Source: Cirrosporium novae-zelandiae (lineage: Eukaryota). Taken from it: a stretch of DNA of 64,000 bases. Under the pieces are notes generated by a model. That model saw only the letters and a program-made list of their open reading frames with translations, did no database searches and was not told the DNA's origin. Positions 13,267 to 27,754 of this stretch are shown here, piece by piece (positions within the stretch are counted from its first letter, which is position 1; the number at the start of each line of letters is the position of its first letter). A program made the position numbers and the translations under genes. The stretch covers positions 248,001 through 312,000 of the forward strand of contig JAPETS010000002.1 of assembly GCA_026023565.1 (NCBI GenBank), written 5' to 3'.

Positions 13267-14405
13267 TCGTGTGGTCGAAGAGGGATAATATCGAACTGAA
13301 GGTTGAGGGTTGAGATTTGAGAGTGAAAGATGTCGTTACAACGCGGGTATCATGAGAAGTGGAGTGTCGAATATTAAGGGATATCTACTGCAGAGCCTTG
13401 TAAGTTGAGAGATCCTAATAATGGACTACAAGCCCAATGAGAAGAGAAAAACTGTCTTCAAGGTAAGGCGAAGGTGGTGGGGTGACGGCGAGAGTGAGGG
13501 GGGAGTGGTGATATATGATGGGCAATAAGAGTTTGATTGACTGGAGATACGTACCAGTGAAGTCGAAAGCGTCTGATGGTGGAGACGCGGAGAATAGAAC
13601 TAATCCCTAGGTAGGTAGGAGAAGAGAAACCACAGCGATTTACAGCTATGGCTTTAATATTCTGCAAAGCTAATCCACAGGATCGGCCTGACCGTCTATG
13701 GAGAAGTAAAGTATGGCAGAGAGTGAGGGAAGGTAGGATAAAAGCGAAAATAAAGTCGACTTTCACAACCAGTACCTTCTGGATCTGGTTCAAGGGAATT
13801 GAAGAGCGGGAGGCGAAAGCTAATTCGTCTCACTATTACACTCAACAAAGAACAACACCAACCAGAGATGCTGTCTATGATTATGATTTATATATTTCCC
13901 TCTCGAGTGATACCAACCTGTGGAGGCTAGCTAATGGCCGTTGGGAGGGGGGGGAGGGGTGGAATATGTGGGTGTGGGTGTGGTAGAGTTGGCTGGTTGA
14001 GGGGGAAAATATGTCGGGATGTTTATGAGGAGGGAGAGAAGTGGAAAAAGGTGGGATTGTTTAGAAGGGGAGAAGGATGATAATATTCCAAGGTAATGTA
14101 TGTACGTATGTATGTGTGTATGTAGGTATGTACGTGGTGGATGGTTCGCGAAGCAGGGACGGTTGATAGTGCGCAAAGAGAATAGGTAAGGATTCTAGCG
14201 CACGCACATCAATCAGTGAAATAAAACTAGTTTGTTGGGTTTGGCTGGGCTTGATACAAGAATCTCTGATAGCGTAGTTGGCCGGTGCTCCGAGGGGCGG
14301 TAATTGTGGAGCACACCTTGGTGGTGTCTTTATTTGATGAGAAAGACAAGGACGAGGCTTGTACGTTAAAAGTTGTAACCAAAGCTTACTGAGTCGCCGA
14401 ATGGT

Positions 14406-14470
14406 AAAAAATAAAATAAAAAATAAAAAATAAAAAATAAAAAACAAAAAAAACGGAAAAACGGAAAAAC
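14406..14470 (+). repeat. A-rich simple repeat (AAAAAT/AAAAT)n followed by ACGGAAAA units
   Basis: Read directly from the sequence. Confidence 0.8.
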
Positions 14471-14799
14471 TGGTACTATGGTGGTTACAGCAAAAGGAAG
14501 GTAGGTAATTAATTAAAACCTTGCCCCTCGTTAAATTCATACGCCTTGAATTCGAATGATTCTTAGGACCTTGAAAGACCTGAGACTTCATTGTTAGCAA
14601 TGATTGCCTATCCTTTCTATCTTGAATGCTGAATGGAGGCTTTCGGATGCTTGGCTGAACCACACAGGTGTCCACTACCCACCGCTACCACTACTCGTAA
14701 GATAGCCGTCTCTCCACGCTTGCCATGCTGCCTGCAATTGTGTAATTACAAATTAATGTTATTGCTTCAACGTCCGACAAGTAACGTTGTACATTTTGC

Positions 14800-14821
14800 G
14801 TGTGTGTGTGTGTGTGTGTGT
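14800..14821 (+). repeat. (GT)n microsatellite
   Basis: Read directly from the sequence. Confidence 0.9.
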
Positions 14822-17800
14822 ACTTAGGATTTGTTGAGGCCCCAGAGATTGGATCCGACGGTGATGGATGAGAAGGGGGGGGCCACTGAGGCAAAATGAT
14901 TGATAAAAGACAATTAATGACAAGGTAAATACGGTTAATCGGATTTATTAGACTATCCCGTTCCAACTCCGTTTCCGATGTGCGTGGATTATTTCTGTGA
15001 TTTTTAATTTCTAATTTTGCCTCCGCTGATTCGACCAAGTCCTTTAACTTTATGTGTTGAAGGGAGGACGATGGATTAAGAATATGTATTTTTTTTTTTC
15101 ATCCATTGCCACTTATCGATTGGAGAATGGATATTTTTTTTCCTTCCAATTTCAAGTGTTAACTGTGGCTCCTTTGATGTTGGTGACGGATAGCGGTAGT
15201 TTAGCGACAATTTAGCGATGGTGTATGGATACGACTCTTTTAGAGTGACCTTTTTAGATCTTACTAACAATCAGTGATTGGTAAAATGAGAACGGGCCTA
15301 TTTCCAGCCTACTCCCAACCTATTTTGTATTCTCCTCTGCCTACTTCCCTGTCCTGTCCCTTGTCCCCCTGTCCTATGGTACCCCCTACCCTAGTCCCCC
15401 TCGTTCCCCCAGCTGGGCCCCAACATTTTTAACCAAACAGCAAAGTAAGTTATCCACTCCCATTGACCCAATCAATGCCCCCTGATGGCAGGTTTCTCAC
15501 CGAACAAAACTAAAATTTCTCGGCCGGTGGCTTGTACATTTTCCACATTTATCTTTTCCAATCAATTTTCATTTTTCATGGCTTGGACGGCTTGACTGGC
15601 TTGGAACGCCTTGGGATGTCAGACCAGGTTGGAAGGATTTCTACTGGGAAGCCGCACAGTTAGTTTCATCAATCAACAAGGAAATGCAACAACATGGCAA
15701 TTACTCCGAGACTGTCAAGGTACATCGGACAAGCAATAAAAAGGTACGAGAACTCGTAACGAACGGTGCATACAAGTCGACAATATTCTTATCTTAGTCG
15801 ATGATTTTTTTCGATCTATATAGATTAGATGCTCATCTATCACATTATACTGTGATACATAATTACTCAGTCACAGTAATAGAAAATGCTTGGTCCAATA
15901 CACAAAGCGGTGAAGAAAGATAAAAATGCTTGATGGGATTATACTTATGCTTTGGATGCAGGTATAAGTGAGGAGTACTATGGTACTATGGCACTGTACA
16001 TCATACCCATAGCCTCCTCTACATCGATGTGACGAAGTCAAAAAAGATTGCGACAAAGTTGGGTCAAAAAACAAGGGAAGGTTGGCGGTTACCATGACGG
16101 TGTGTGTGGCGATGTCATCTTATCATCGTCGATGACGGCGATTCGTAAGTTGTAACTACTTCATAACCTTCTCGTAACCTTCTCATAACTTGGCAAAGTT
16201 TTTATCGCTTTTCCTGGACATTTTTGACTTTTTAAGTTATGTTATAATCGCCTAAGGTTTCCGCGGAACCTGACTGTCTCCGAATTTCTACTTGTTTTTA
16301 GAATAAATTCATGTGCCAAAGTGAAAAATTATACGATTTAGTTATCATGAGGCTTTTTTAAAGTTGACGTTAGAGCTGCCTATAGATTAGTGTAGTCGTA
16401 CTACCTTTGCTGAGTAAGAGGATACGACGAATTTAGGAGGATTATTTATCTCCAACGACTCAGCTAACAAATTCAGTTTGACCAATCGCCATTTAGCGCT
16501 GGTTCTACCAAAACCAGTTTGTATCGGCGGAAAAGGCTGAAACGGAAAGATGGCCTTGATTAAGCGTTGTCATCATTGTAGTCATCATGAATAAAGATCG
16601 TGATCTTTAACGACATCTTGTCCTGGAACCAAAAGGAGAGAGCGCTTAAAATCTACCCTTGAAGAACTAGATAACAATAGGCAATTCCCAATCCCAGTTC
16701 TCAGGACTCAGGAGTCAGAACGATAACTATAACCAACTAACTCTATATCTACTCTATATCTCTCGAAACGGAAAATGCATAACAGCTGATAGAGTCCAGA
16801 GAGACTGGTTCGTTCCGGTTTCTCGGTATTGCGGTGTTGCAATATTTTGTTTCTCTAAGCTATATGCGGCTGTCATTATCGAATCCGCCAAGAGGGATTT
16901 ATTAATTCAACAACGGCTGTGGCTTAGAGAGGAGTTGAATGGTAGATCTTGGGTTGTCTTGTCTCACATTCATTTATTCTTTCTCAGTTGGTTTTTCGTA
17001 GTCGTATCGAGTAGACTCGGCACACAACAAATTCGACACACCAAGTTTGAAGTTGAAAAAAGCAGCATCGGCCTCTGGTTGAATGGCCCATGCGTTCATT
17101 AATTATTCATTTCTTCCTTGGCATGGTTTTGGCACACTTGGCATGCATAATACCTCCCCATGGTTCTGATGGGATTCAAATGGCGCCATGCATTAATCAA
17201 AATAGCGAACTTCCTCAGGAACTTCTCTGCGCCAATTCATTTCCAGCCCACTTCTTTTTTACGATACTTTCTATCCTTCAATTTATTTGGGACGCCTAGG
17301 AGTTTCGTGCAACTACTCGGCCTTCAACCTCGTGGCCGGGCTTCTCCTTCTACCGCCCAGCCGGAACATTTAGAAGATCATTTCCTACATCAAACCTGAG
17401 ATGGTCCATAAATATATTATTAAGTACACGAATGGTTTAATAGAATGCAGACACAGTCCCCTTGTATAGTACCTTCTTCACAGTTACTTTCCGTGAGTCT
17501 CAGAGTTGCATGTTAATCTTGCACAAGATGAAGCACGAAATCCTGGACCAATGACCTCTGGAATGTTTCAATTGAGCTCGGGTCTCCTCCATATCCTAGT
17601 TCCGAGCAATACAATTCATGCATCTATCCATTGATTCTGTTGGTGAATTGCACCTGTCAAAACATCAATGCGCCCTCTTGCTTCATCAGCCGAGAGATAA
17701 ACATTTCTATCTTGGTTAACTTAGTCTACTCCCCATCTGACCGCCGCTATGACAATTACCTGTTAGAGGCCAGTCACGAAGCGATGGACAACATCTCGCA

Positions 17801-20800
17801 TCCTCCAGTGGGGCACTCTTTCTGACTACTCCTCCTTACTCCAGATTATCTTCTCTGAATATGCATCACGTAAGGCAATCTTTTTTACTAATTAGATTTG
17901 ACTACTTTTTGCTACCAACGCCCTTCTACACTCCAATGCCGGCAGTATCCAGGGCTGCTTTAATGACCGATAGACCTGCATCGGCTAATCGTTTGGTTAT
18001 CGTATGATGATTATTGTTATCAATTCAAATTTACCTAACAAAGTCCGATTTGTCCGAGTTGGTCGCGCAATGTATGGATTTCAGACCTCGAACAAGATAG
18101 GTTTTTAGGAACTCAAAATCTGGACTATTACACCAATGGTCTTTTATTTTCGTTGTCAAAAGACGCAGGCTTAAAGCATTTCTGTAACTTAAGATTGGAG
18201 GTTAATGCTATCTTGAAGATAAGGTCCCTGGAAGTTTGACAAGACTTGGGGATTATAATTATCAAACCCAATTCAGATTGTGCTATGCTTTGGACATGGC
18301 TTTCATTACTACAATGCTTGGTCTTTCTTGCTACTTGACTTGCAGAACTACTGTCCAGAACATGACATCTTCCTCAGCTATCCATGCTAATAGAGGACAT
18401 GTGCCGTTGATAGAGGCCAACGGTAGCTGCCCACCATCAGCCCTCCTAGGCAGCTCCCATATTCAGGGCCCTTGTCAAGGTTAGTCTATGAGAAAGCTGG
18501 GGCTAGCCTTACTTTTTACGCCGAGGCACTGCAATCTTTGCGCCATCATCCAACGGTCCCTCCTAAGCAAGGACGGACAACGCACCAACAACCACGACAA
18601 GGTAAATATTAGTTTTGCTGGTGTTGGACTTGCCTAGAACTTCTTGTTACTGATAAGATCACCGCTTGGGTAGCAGCTACGGGTCGTTCCTTGTCAAAGT
18701 AGAGGTCCCTGCTTTTAACTAGCCAATGATACTCAAACGTGGTCTACTTGATAAAAAAGGCAGAGCGTGTAAAGCTAGCAGAAGGGATTTCCGTTGAGAC
18801 GGTGGCTCTCTGCCGTCTTTGGTTGTGCCCCCCCATAACATTGCAGTGGGTGGGATATGAGACAGACAACGTCAGCCCGAATCAAGAGTCGAGATCTATT
18901 GTATTCCCGAGGAACGATTTAAAATAAGCTGAATATGAATCATGTAAGTCCTACCCATATATCTACATCTCGAAAATCATAAGATATTTATTTAGCGACC
19001 AATTCGAGGTCCAAATTCGACTGATCCATGTGCTTACTGGGTCTCTATGATCTACACTTACCTGCCGAGTACACTTTCTCTCTACCGCGTAGACGACAAT
19101 AATTATGTTTTTATCACCTTACAGGTTCCCCGATTGAGAGAACGCTTTGATGTTTGTCCTCAGATATGCTGTTCGACGATAAACTCAACCTGTACTCCCC
19201 GGCCAAGGATGGTTGTGTGTGAGTTCATTGTGCGAGGACATTTGAGCTTTGATCCTCGGGAACGGAATTAAATGGCGGACACACAATTATTTTGATTATT
19301 CCACCCAGCCATCCCATTCAAATAAAAGGACCGAATTTATGGCAGAAATGAGGGGGGGTTCCAGAACGAAAGGAAGGGGGAAATATCAATTAACAAATGG
19401 AGGAGAGTTTTGCTCTCAATGGAGCTGGTCAAGATATGTGCATCCGCGGGACCTTGACGCAGCCCCGCATGAAGTGCTAAGTAAAGTCACGGAGGTTTAA
19501 ACCATGGAGTGTGGGAGCTTGCAATAAACTCTGCACGCCATCCTTACGCCTGTTTGTGATCCAAGCGCTTGTCTGGTTTAAATACGCCGATCACCGACGA
19601 GCGGGGTATCGGGGGAGGGTTTAAGCTTGTTTTTGTTTTTCGCTGTTGGAGATGAAGAAGCGAGGAAGCAAAGAAGCCACACCCTAGAATTTTACGCCAC
19701 ATTTATTTGGTGCCAAGTCTGCGCCACAGGAGGAGCCACTTTTCATTTCTCAAATGCCAAGAGCCAAGGGTCAAGGGTCAAAGTTCAAAGTACCAGAACG
19801 ACTTATCACGTGCATCAATCATACTGACCGTACGGAGGATACTTTGGGAACATCGGTGACATCCCCCATGTCATCCCCAGTAAATACCCACAACCCACAG
19901 TTTCACCCACCACCTCATATCTCTCCACGTTTTCATATCTCCCTCCATCTCTCCGCTCCTTTGTGCAACTTATGTTATTTTATATTCCCCTTTTCAGTAA
20001 TTACGTCCAAACCATAATATCTCTCGGAACTACCTTAGTATGAATTTGGAATCAACGGGTAGACCGGATGGGCCCCGCATCTATTATCCCTCTCCGCCTC
20101 AGGTGATATTTGCATAACGAGGCGAGGCTTCTGAAGATGTCAAGAACAACGTACAAACACATTCAAATGACCATACGGTCAATCAGAAAGTTGCTCAAGT
20201 CATATTCAGTGAACTCCTATTCATTGCTTTTTGCAAACTTGTTTAATTTTTGGTGTGGGCTGACAACCGGCATCTAAAAGAGGTATTTGATATCGAACTG
20301 CTAAGCCGTTGGCTGTGCGCCGATCATTATCACATTGGATTCGTTCCACGATCCCAAATATCCATAATCCACTCTCGTATCACTCATCATGTTACTTTAC
20401 TCTACGTGTCTACCCAATCTCTGTGGACTCCATAACCTTTGTACTTGAATGATGTGTAATTAATTTCCTAGATGAAATTGCCAAACTTTACCGTCTTCTT
20501 GTTCCCTTTTTTTTCGCTTTTTATTTTGCATTCCGACTGTATGTGGTGGCCACGTCGGACCGGCCGGCTTTCAGGGCCAGTCCAAGATTGATTCCACTCC
20601 AGGCCGTCATCTGAAACCAACGATACGCTACAACACCTAAACATGTCTTGACTCGTTCCGCTCCGACGCTCTTGAATGCCAGATTCGACAAGCTTTTGGC
20701 TGGGTATTCAATGGAAAACGTCATGTCTTTCGTACCTCGCCTAAGATTTTCTTCTACTTCATTGGAGTGGATATTCTTGAATTACGATCCACTGTTTCTC

Positions 20801-21443
20801 AATGTGTGGTTTAGAAATTATCTTTTCAGAGGGATATGTTTGAAACAGCATACAGAATGACACATGGTACATACAGTTAATCATAGACTATCCAGACCTT
20901 TCTATTTTCTGTGTCTTTGAAACATTTATTTTAGCTGGCCGCTTGATATACTTTTTATCGCGGTAATCAGTTCCTTGCGCCGTGAATTTGCCCCAAAGTC
21001 CGAGTCCAGACCTGCAAATTTGGATGGTTTTGGCTCTTAAGCAAAATCCTAGATGACGGTGGTTTTTACATCGGCTCACGCAGTGGGCCTCTACATGTAT
21101 TAGAGAAACAACACACTCCTGTCTTATTTTGGCAAGTAGCTTTTTAACCTCCCATTTTCAAAATGGCTGGGTATTAGACTCCAGAAATTGAGGATTCGAG
21201 ATCACGTTTATTCCGAATTTTCCAATACGCAAGTTCTTACATCCAGCCTCTACAGAGTTATTGCTATTTCAACCCCTAGTGAACTATCCTGATACAGCGG
21301 TATAATGAATAAAGGAAATAAAACCATCCCCACACTTGGGAAGATCCCGAGTCAGCACTGCTGGTCATTTAGACTCAAATCATGCAGGGCCCAAGTATCG
21401 CCCCACCAACCAACAGCGCACCAAGATCATTTCAACGTCAAGG

Positions 21444-22313
<870 letters not shown>

Positions 22314-24298
22314 TGTGTGTAGAGAGAGTTGTGAATAGAATAGAATAAATAAAAAATTTATTAAAATTCGAATGTCGATCTGATAGAGTTGGATAGATGG
22401 ATAGGATGGATTGATATATGTGTTAGTGAGAATGTGTGCAGATTGTCACAGCAGTCTAAAAATAATAGGACTAAAGTAATTAATGCAAGGAAGGGGAATC
22501 GATTAATTGGCTCGTTTGTTTTTATTCTCTCTCAAGTAAAGTTATGCAAATTCGGTAAACTTACCTAATGTCATAATTAATTATTCTCGCGAATAACAAT
22601 AGTAAGGTAAGCGGAATCAGATTGTATATGGAAATAGATATGTTTCTCTATATTAGAACTCCTTGAAAGGGGGAGAAGAGATGGAGATGGAGGGACTAAT
22701 GGTTTCGATGATATTGGTTATTTTGATCATGTGCTGTGTTTTGGGGATTGCAATTTCATTTTGATACTATGTGATGGTCATGTGGCTATACGCCCCTATC
22801 TCTATATATTTTTTTCTCATTTCTTTCTTTCCTTTCTAGATTATACTACATCCTCTTCCAGCAGTCTCTTTGTTTTCTTAGGATGGGCTAAAACAAAACA
22901 TATCTTGTCTGAGAGGAAGGGAGTGCATTATAACCACGATGACTTTATCATCTCCAAAAAGTGATGCAATATTTATATATATATCGATACATCACGCATA
23001 ACTCTAAAATTCGAGTTTCTATTTCATCTCTTCCTCCCAATAGGCCCTGGGGTAAGAGATATACCTGCTGCTCTTTTGACCCAATTGTCTCTATGGTACT
23101 GTCCTCTACCGTCCCTTTCCCATTTATCCTTGGAGCGTTTCTCTTTGCCAAGGGATTCGAAATAGTAAATATCTTTTTAGATTTCCCAGAAGAAGACAAC
23201 TAACGGCAGACACAAGTACGAAACCATAATAAGATGTAATGTGTGTATATAGACATGGCACACAGCAAGCCAAACCAACCTAATATCACACCGCAACAAG
23301 CAAACCAGAAACGCCGGCCTCTTTCTAAATACAATCAAGGGGTACGAATCTCCTAGACCTACCAAACGGGGATCATATCCTACTATCCGAACGAGCAAGT
23401 ACCTACCAGTACGCTCCCCTGCAGTGGCCCGGACTCTTATCCCCCTATTCAACCTAAATTTATTTTTTCCATAGGCCTCAGTCTATATCTCCATAGTAGC
23501 TCTTTATTCCTAAGTCTTGATTACTACACAATATTCAACAGGATGGATTGAGCCTCGTTCGCTCGGAATAGGCGTTCGTCTGGTTTTCGAGTCCGCGATT
23601 CTGAATAGTCTAGCTTTGAGACGCGATGCTAGCTAGTGGGTTTGCAAGATTGGGTACCTCTATATACCAGCTGACTCATTGATGGTAGGGAGGATAGAAT
23701 CCCGAGAGTTAATTTAGGTACGGGAGCAATATATGCGCATGCGAGCGTGGATGGGACAACCGCCATGGGATAGCAATTGCTGTTCTTCGAGCTGCGGAGA
23801 CTCTGAAGCCCTCGGCGAGGAAAGGAGGCAGAAGAGCGGTACCATGGTCGTGAACGAACTCCTGCTAAAACAATAACGTGTTGGATGGCGAATTTGAGCG
23901 AGCCAGATCGTCGAGCTTGGAAAGAAAAACTGGATGTGTAGGTTATAGCTATCATGCTCGGGGATTCGATCAGGAATAGAGAGATATGCAGCTACAACTA
24001 CGTGTGTATATATATTCTTGTAAGTTGGGTCTATGAGCTTGGGAAAACATAACTTACTGAGATATGGATCAATTCTGAAAGAAGTATACACACGTGGAAG
24101 CCGTAGTTAATAAACCTGATCAAAATCCATAGCCGATCAACACAGGAAAGTGAAACGTACTGCCGTACCACTTGTGGTGGCCTCAGCTGCTTACAACACT
24201 AGAAGAACACAGTTTTTCTTATCTTCTTATTTTTTTTTTTTGTACAACTAACCTTCACCACTATCCTTCAGCATAATCTCTCGAGATCACTCTATCAC

Positions 24299-25200
24299 AA
24301 TGAAAAATACGCTCGACAGGGAAAAGAGAAAGAATAAAGAATCGAGGAAGAGATGCAAGATCAGTCAAAAGGATCATTTGTGTCTGGTTGCTTCACATAT
24401 CCGTAACTAACCCGCAAAAAGAGGCATCAGGAAGTAAGACATTGAGGCGAATAAAACCCTTGAAGGCGGAATTTTTAGAAGAAGCAAAGTTTTCACCAAA
24501 ATACCATGGATGGTAGAGGATCTAAGTCAAATTGTCAATTTTCACATAATTTGCTAATTCCTAGTAGTGGACGCTTACTTCCCAAATCCGCTTTCCGCAG
24601 AGGAAGATCTAGCTCGAGATAGCGAGCAATACAAACTCTCCGAAGAGGAAATAAACTCATATCAATAGCCCATGAGCAAGATACCATGAGAACAAAAGGA
24701 GGGGGGAATGGATGGAGAAGGGAAACTTTTACCTCTTACTGAGAAAAGTTCGGGATATACATATGGGGAAGCTGGAAAAGATGGAGTACCTATCATATTT
24801 GAACCCTGCCAGCAAAACCGAACCAAACTTATCCTACGAGCCGGGACCAAAGGTCAATAAAGATGGCAGGTTCGCTCTAGATCTAGATGGGCATCCGATT
24901 ATTGATTGGAATCGTGCTCGGTAGTCTTGTGATAGAGACGCTGGGTAGATGGAGCAATCGGATAACGCTGGAAGATATTCGAACAAGGATACTCAAATTT
25001 AAGACCCGTCCTGGCTGTCAGCGCCTTGGCGATGAAGCAATTAAGATCTAAGATCTAGGTTCGTTGTACAATACTATACGTCCTAGGATCTAGAAGGAGT
25101 AAATCACCAACGACCCCAACATGACGCCGGAAATGCTCAACAATAATGCCATAGACTTAACGGTAGTCGAGGTTATAGTACTCAAAGAATTGAGCTAGAA
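24299..25200 (+). pseudogene. Decayed gene relic of an unidentified fungal hypothetical protein
   Basis: Protein-like fragments (MKNTLDREKRKNKESRKR...; ...KDGRFALDLDGHPIIDWN; ...NRITLEDIRTRI) broken by stops and frameshifts, with intron-like signals (ACTAAC...AG about 24405-24422). Boundaries are approximate. Confidence 0.35.
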
Positions 25201-25508
25201 AGGGATTCAAAGGAAGGATAGAATCAAAACTCTTGCCAGATGAAAACAGTTAGGCTATTCAAGGTCACTTGCTTTCAACTCTTCCGCTAACCCTACGTCT
25301 TCATCCCTTGTCTTTGTCTTTCCACAATTATTATCTTCTCTGGAATGAATATATGGGTATTATAGGAAGAGCTTACTGTAAAAATGTATTGATTTTCTGT
25401 ATCATCGTAGCCATGTATGATATGATGATACCTATTTCCCAGCATCCTCGAACTCCTAGTACCTATTCAATACTTATGCCCTAGTACTCTCGAATTCTTA
25501 GATATAAT

Positions 25509-26603
25509 CTATGGGGCGCAGGAATAAATCACACCAGGTACCACCTTCACCATCGCACTTGCGGTTTTTTGTTTGACCATAGTACTAGCAGCCCAGGTGT
25601 CTACCCGTGTTGAAGGGGATACACGTTGGTCTTGGGAGCACCATATCACCTGCGTTGGCTCTCCGATCCATTTTACTATATCAGTTGCAAACTCGGCGGT
25701 AGACCCGCGGTATCTTTGACCGTTTAAATTCCCATGACCTGCAATGCCGATGATTGCAAGATCCGGCTTAGGTTTCAAGCTCCGAAGGATACTTTCGTAT
25801 CCTCCTAAACTGCTCATCCAGAGAATAACACGATCTGCTAGAATAAAATTATACATCATTTGCCCACCACTGGAAGTAGAGTGTTTATTTTTACCATCTT
25901 CACGGAATGCGAGTGACTCTTTGGTATCCCAATACGGGCGGTTGGCGTTCCCGCGCAGTTCAATCATTGCTAGCGAGCGAGCATAGACTGAAAGACCATG
26001 ATCGTACGTTTTCATGGTAGATGTAGGGTTAGGAAGACCATAGTCATGTCTTGGGTGTTCAAAGCAATGCAAAGAAGGCCACACTTCGACAAAAAGTGGA
26101 GCAGTTGAGGGATCTAGCGTGAATTCTGGCCAACCCAAACCTTCTCGCTGGGCTTTCGTATATAGGGGAACTCTTTCGCCACCTGTAACCTGCACTAATT
26201 TTTTTGGGGAAACGCCTGCATTTATCATGAGTCGAATAGCTTCTGGGTTGGCAATTATCGTTGCCCCGAATTTTTTTGCCAGCTGGTCTGCCCCTGGGAG
26301 ACTATCACTAGTAAGCTTGATGTTCTTCACACACAAAATTTAGGGGTATGTCACTGGTCGAGAAGGGCATTACTGATGCAAATATAATCGCATTTATCGA
26401 CTTGGTCAAGATATAAAGCAGTATGCAAATTCGAAGGTCGATTAAGCAATGAGTCTAAAAATATAGTGATTCCACGAAGCGTGAGTCGGTATGTCGACCC
26501 CCCTATCTCACAGTCAGTTAGAGGATCCCACAAGGTCTAGTTAGCACTCACCAAACCACTCTATCGTACTAGAAGTATTAGCTCGTCTTATTTCGAATTC
26601 CAT
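25509..26603 (-). CDS. Metallo-beta-lactamase-fold protein with a degenerate metal-binding motif; 3 exons, introns 26503-26551 and 26302-26354
   Basis: Spliced: MEFEIRRANTSSTIEWFGGSTYRLTLRGITIFLDSLLNRP...CDYICISNALLDHLPGADQLAKKFGATIIANPEA...GGERVPL...WPSLHC. This is the MBL-fold pattern, but HxHxDH reads NxLxDH. The second donor (GTGACA) is weak. Confidence 0.7.
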
Positions 26604-27414
26604 CGTGGAGATACCGTCAACGATATGAAAGATAATGTAGATTCTAAGTCTAACTGTCACTAGGCGCGGTAAAATAATATGGCTGGCTATATATAGCAAG
26701 TACGAGTAACCATCCTATCTTACTTCAAGAAGAAGGCTCTACCCTACATCATGTTAGCCTCCTGAACTCAAACTTCATTTCCCGTATACGATTAAAGCAT
26801 TCGGCCGTTATATCTGAGAAAATCGATATAATATAGAATATTAGATCTTCATCTTTTTATATTGGCATAACGGGTGATCCAAGACTAGGTTTGGAAAAGA
26901 GCATGTGATATCGCTTTTCTTTGTTTAACAGATATTCATGAGACACCTGGAAGGTAGCTGTTTCTTGCAATTGAGGTGTCGTTAGGGAGATTATGAATGC
27001 TGATGCTGAGTGCTGCACGGGCACGAAATTGTAGGGAAACTGTGAAGCTGCATTGCTCTACTTTAGAGCTAGACATTATCGAAAATTAAGCCCTCACAGC
27101 AAAATGACTTGATGCTGGACCTCCCTAGGCTGATGATCCTATCGAGATGAGATGAGATGTGTGACTTGCATCATGATCATAGCTTCCCGTTTATGTTTAA
27201 CATGGTTTTAGTACAAGCGTTTTGGGCCTTCGATTGTCGTTTTTTTTCTTCTCTGTGATATGAATAGCTATATCATTTCAACATATTCTTTTTCAAAAAG
27301 AAGGGAAAAGAAAGGGAATGATCTTCAACCAACCACACCTCCCCTAACCCCCACCCTCCTCCTCCACCTCTCTCAAAAACCCAAAAAAACAAACACCAAA
27401 CCCACTCTCTGTAT

Positions 27415-27515
27415 TGCATTAGCCGTGAATCGAACACGGAGCTCGTCGAACTTTCTCATTCATTCATTCTCAGAATCAATGGCAACGACGAATTTTACCA
27501 TTAAACCACTAATGC
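27415..27515 (-). tRNA. tRNA-Gly(GCC) with a 30-nt canonical intron (27450-27479)
   Basis: Minus strand GCATTAGTGGTTTAATGGTAAAATTCGTCGTTGCCA[intron]TCGACGAGCTCCGTGTTCGATTCACGGCTAATGCA. Acceptor GCATTAG/CTAATGC, anticodon stem CGTCG/CGACG, T-arm CCGTG-TTCGATT-CACGG. Confidence 0.93.
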
Positions 27516-27754
27516 TGTTGTAAATCACTGATTGGATGAATGTATGGGGTTGGAAATGGGAACATATGTGTCAATGTTGAAAGAAAAGGGGTGGGAGGGG
27601 CGGGGAATGGGGGAGGGTGGGACACAACACTGACCGCTCTTTTAGAATTTTTTTATGGCCGGTTCCACTTTCTCTCTCTGTTTTCCCACCAGTGCTTTCT
27701 TTTTTTTAATATACATACATACCGCATTAATGTTACGTTTAATAAAAAGAAAAG

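Noticed and set aside
27450..27479. tRNA-Gly intron as a second spliceosomal intron
   Set aside because: It sits at the canonical 37/38 position and lacks GT/AG ends, so it is an ordinary endonuclease-type intron.
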